Assembly (NCBI GenBank): GCA_030390025.1
Contig: CM059425.1
Coordinates: forward strand, 171,804,001-171,868,000
Length of the DNA: 64,000 bases
Direction of reading: 5' to 3'
Source of the DNA: Squalus acanthias
Lineage: Eukaryota
The notes under the pieces were generated by a model. The model worked only from the letters and a program-made list of their open reading frames with translations. It ran no database searches and was not told the origin of the DNA. Position numbers and translations under genes: made by a program. Below are positions 60,800 through 64,000 of this stretch, piece by piece (positions within the stretch are counted from its first letter, which is position 1; the number at the start of each line of letters is the position of its first letter).

Positions 60800-61190
60800 T
60801 TGTTTGGCCTTTTTTTTCCCTCCCAGAAGCTGGCAGCTGTCCTTCATTCTGCCAGCGCATTTCACACTTCATCTAGCCTCAACCTGTCACATTAACACCT
60901 CCTCTTGCCTTGATTATCTCTTAATGTCTCTCAATGTCTCTTTATCTCTCCTGCTTTCTATCCCACCACTGACCTTCCCTTTTGTTCTTTCATCCCCTCC
61001 CCCTTTTCCCAGCTTTATCCTTGCTTTAAATCTATTTCATTTCCTGCTTTTTTCCAGTTCTGACGAAAGGTCTTCGACCTGAAACGTTAACTCTGTTTCT
61101 CTCTCCACGGATGCTGCCTGGCCTGCTGAGTTTTTCCAGCGTTTTCTGTTGTTATTTCGGATTTCCAGCATCCGCAGTATTTTGCTATCG
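60800..61190 (+). mobile_element. Penelope (family B) 3' fragment inserted in a DeuSINE (60710-60790 and 61190-61385)
   Basis: pLTR with intact hammerhead motif; ATTACTTTT appears on both sides. Confidence 0.82.
61056..61092 (+). ncRNA. Minimal type-I hammerhead ribozyme motif (family B)
   Basis: AGTT-CTGACGA-A-AGGTC(TTC)GACCT-GAAA-CGTT-AACT: stem I AGTT/AACT, stem II AGGTC/GACCT, palindromic AACGTT stem III, GUU cleavage triplet. Confidence 0.82.
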
Positions 61191-61689
61191 AATTACTTTT
61201 TAAAGTATAGTCACTGTGGTTACGCAGCAAATTTGTACACAGTAAGGTCCTACAAACAGCAAGGAGATAAATGACCAGTTAATCTGTTATGGTGGTGTAG
61301 TTTAAAGGGTAAATATTGGGCAGAACACCAGGAGAATTCTTCTGCTCTTCTTCGAATAGTGTTAACGGATCATTTATGCTCACCTCAAAAGTTGAAGTTA
61401 AGTACAAGCTGAAGTTGCACTCGCAAGTACAATACGCCCAAATCTACTTGATCATTTACAATTGTCTATAGATCACTCTGCCCAAATACATCTCCACCCA
61501 TAATATTCAAACTGCCCTCAAGTTACAGAAGTGAGCTTCCTGCAAATCAACTTGTTCAGAGGCTCTCTTCAAATTGCGATCAGCTTTTAAGACGCACAGG
61601 CACCCATAGACACCTGAAACAGGTGCAAATCAGCTGCTCCAGGAAGCACTGAAGCCATTCTCCTCCAGTTAGTGCAGACAGCCATTTTC

Positions 61690-62400
61690 TAGTCCTTTTG
61701 AGAAATAAAAATGTCTCTTTTGCTGGCTCTACTCCTGCTTGCTGTTATAATGGAAGGAGAAACAGGAGGAAGAGAACCAGAGACAGGAGGCCCGGAGAGC
61801 GAAGCATCATCAGTGATGACAGCACCCCACACGCAAGTACGCGGCCCTGTGTCTTGGCCTTGACTGATATTCGAGGAGATGACTGTGCGACGGCTGCACT
61901 TCACAAAGGAGGCCATCGACTGACTCTACGATTTGCTCCGTGATGAGTTAAAGCCCATGCAGCAGAGCCTTAAGTGTAGAAATGAAGGTGACCCCAACTT
62001 TTACGCATCCATCTAGGCATCCACGAGGGACCTGTGCAGGATTAATGAAGGGGCAGTGAGGACCTGCATCCAGCAGGTAATGACACCCTGTACCATTGGG
62101 CTGGGGAGTTCGCCAGATTTGGAATGTCTGCGGTGGAGCAAAGGCAGAGGGCATTGCTGGCTTCAGTTGCTTGGAGAGCTTTGGGGTTGCCCTCCAATGC
62201 TCCCCAGAGAAGGTAGTGAGCAGAGTCGTTGCCTTCTGCACCCTGCACAACTACACCACGACGCAAGGTCTGGATCTTGACATACTCAGGAGAAACCAAT
62301 CAAAGCAGAAGATCCTGGGCTGTGGGTTGTGGCACATCCACAGGAGACATCGCTTTGAGAGGCTTTTACCCAATGAGCACACCCCACCGAACTCGCAACC
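61690..62400 (+). pseudogene. Harbinger (HARBI1-like) DDE transposase relic, internally deleted
   Basis: RRLHFTKEAID*LYDLLRDEL..ALSVEMKVT..NFYAS and FSCLESFGVALQCSPEKVVSRVVAFCTLHN, matching Harbinger N- and C-terminal motifs. Confidence 0.75.
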
Positions 62401-62779
62401 AGAAGAAAAGTAAAACTCAGCTCTTCAACTTCAAAAACAATTTTTTTTTATTTATTACAAAAAATGTTTTATATGCTTAGTAAATTAAATGAAAATTGTT
62501 ACAAATAAATACAAATGCTGCCTGAAAACCTTGAACTTTACTTATCCATTTCCATAAATTGTTACAGGAACTCAAAAAGATCTTAACTCGACCCAGAGAA
62601 ACTTATTTTAATTACAAACTGTGTTTTATGGCAATGCTGAACTATCTTTAGAAATTTAAACAACTATTTACAAGAATAATCCTTGAATAAACATTAATCA
62701 AAATTAAGAACCTTTGGAAACCAGAGTTAAACTAATGTAAACTTTAGCAATTGTTACAACTTTGGCAAACTTTGACAAA

Positions 62780-64000
62780 TTTAAGTAAATATATAACCTC
62801 TTCGCATCAAAAATGCTTTACTTCGCTGCAATAACACATCAAAAACTAGGCAGTCATCGAACAAGCGGGACATGATAGTGACGGTCATAATCTTCCAGCC
62901 AGGAAGCTTTCCCACTTCCGGGCAAAGGAGGAGAAAGAGGAAGTAGGAGACACAGGAATTAAATTCCCCCTTCTCCATCAAGGCCCTCCACTTGACCCAG
63001 AGCCTCGATGAACCCATTGGCCAGCTGCTCCCCTATGCCTTCTCCCAGTAAACATGAATGGTGGGGCGTGGTGGAAAGCTGCCGGGCTGATTAGTCGTGG
63101 GCCATGCGAATGGCCGTGTGCTCCTGAACCAGGACTGCTGTTGTATGCATCCCAGGAGGGAGCTCCAGAGCTGCCTCCTGCTCTGTACAAGTGGCAACAT
63201 GGTTGCTGTTGAAAGGCCGCAGCCCAGGCTGGCGCTGGCAGCAGGCAATTGGACACCACCAGCTGCCCTTCCACTGCGGTCCTGATCTGCAGCACCAGTC
63301 AGCAGCCTAATGGCTGGCACGATGGCAGCTGTCAGATCTTGCCAGGCCTTAGTAAGAGACTGGAAGCCATGAGTCATTGCGTCCTCCAGTCGGTCACCCT
63401 AAGCCTCAAGAGCAGAAGTCCTCCTGTTCCATTGGTTCTCGCAGCTCTAACATGTTGGCGTTGAGCATTACAGCAGATTTGGAGGCCAAACCGGCAAGAA
63501 GCTGACAGATCCCAGTGTCCTCACACCCCTCTGATGCTCCATCAGCAGGCACCTTTTCAGGTCTGCAGCTGTCAAAACACAATCCACTGACTCATTCATC
63601 CGTGGCTGCCTTCTAGCCGCTCTCTCCAGAGAGGTGGTGGCATTCTCCACCTCCTCAGAGTTTCTGTGTTCCCTGAAACTGGCATCTGGCACTGGAGTGC
63701 TCACCTGGTGCTGGTACCCAGTTGAGGAGAGCCGGGTGTCTGGCTCTGCTTGGGGGTGGCCTGAAGGTGAGGAGAATAGTACAATTCCAGGAAAGAGCGG
63801 AGGTGTGCGGCTTTGGGACTCCCACCCCCACTATTTGCCCTTTCCAAGGCAATGCACGTATTCTTGGCCTACAAAGACAAAAAGAGAGAAATATTAGTCT
63901 TGCAGTCATTTGACTATGTGGAACAATTGAAGGTGTTACTGGTCTGCATCGTTCCAAGAGTTTTTGGTGCAAGATCATGATCAACTAATTCCACCTCAGA
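62780..64000 (-). pseudogene. Probable convergent second (Myb/SANT-type) gene relic of the Harbinger element
   Basis: Position and orientation relative to the transposase across an AT-rich spacer; low-complexity remnants only. The Myb domain itself is not seen. Confidence 0.35.

Overview
Eukaryotic, repeat-dense genomic DNA from a cartilaginous fish, most likely a shark. This is inferred from the HE1/V-SINE, SacSINE1-like DeuSINEs, esterase-ORF1 CR1 LINEs and Penelope elements. No host protein-coding gene can be called with confidence, so the window is probably intronic or intergenic; one weak 45-nt minus-strand exon candidate lies at ~31.3 kb. More than half the window is layered transposable elements: many CR1 copies (one with an uninterrupted 955-aa APE-RT ORF2 and one near-full-length copy with ORF1), RTE, L2 and L1 relics, a young 5'-truncated Penelope element (RT + GIY-YIG, 12-bp TSD), a Gypsy gag relic, several SINE families, and a set of PIF/Harbinger-type MITEs alongside a decayed autonomous Harbinger. 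The most notable non-obvious signals are: (i) about ten minimal type-I hammerhead-ribozyme motifs of two Penelope pseudo-LTR families, several in short non-coding inverted/hairpin insertions; (ii) a single-ORF LINE whose 5' end is the body of a tRNA-SINE that also shares its 3' tail; (iii) a 26-copy, indel-free, CpG-rich 35-bp minisatellite apparently expanded inside a MITE end; (iv) a MITE internal hairpin with compensatory changes. Family names come from motif recognition only; no database search was run, and boundaries of old elements are approximate.
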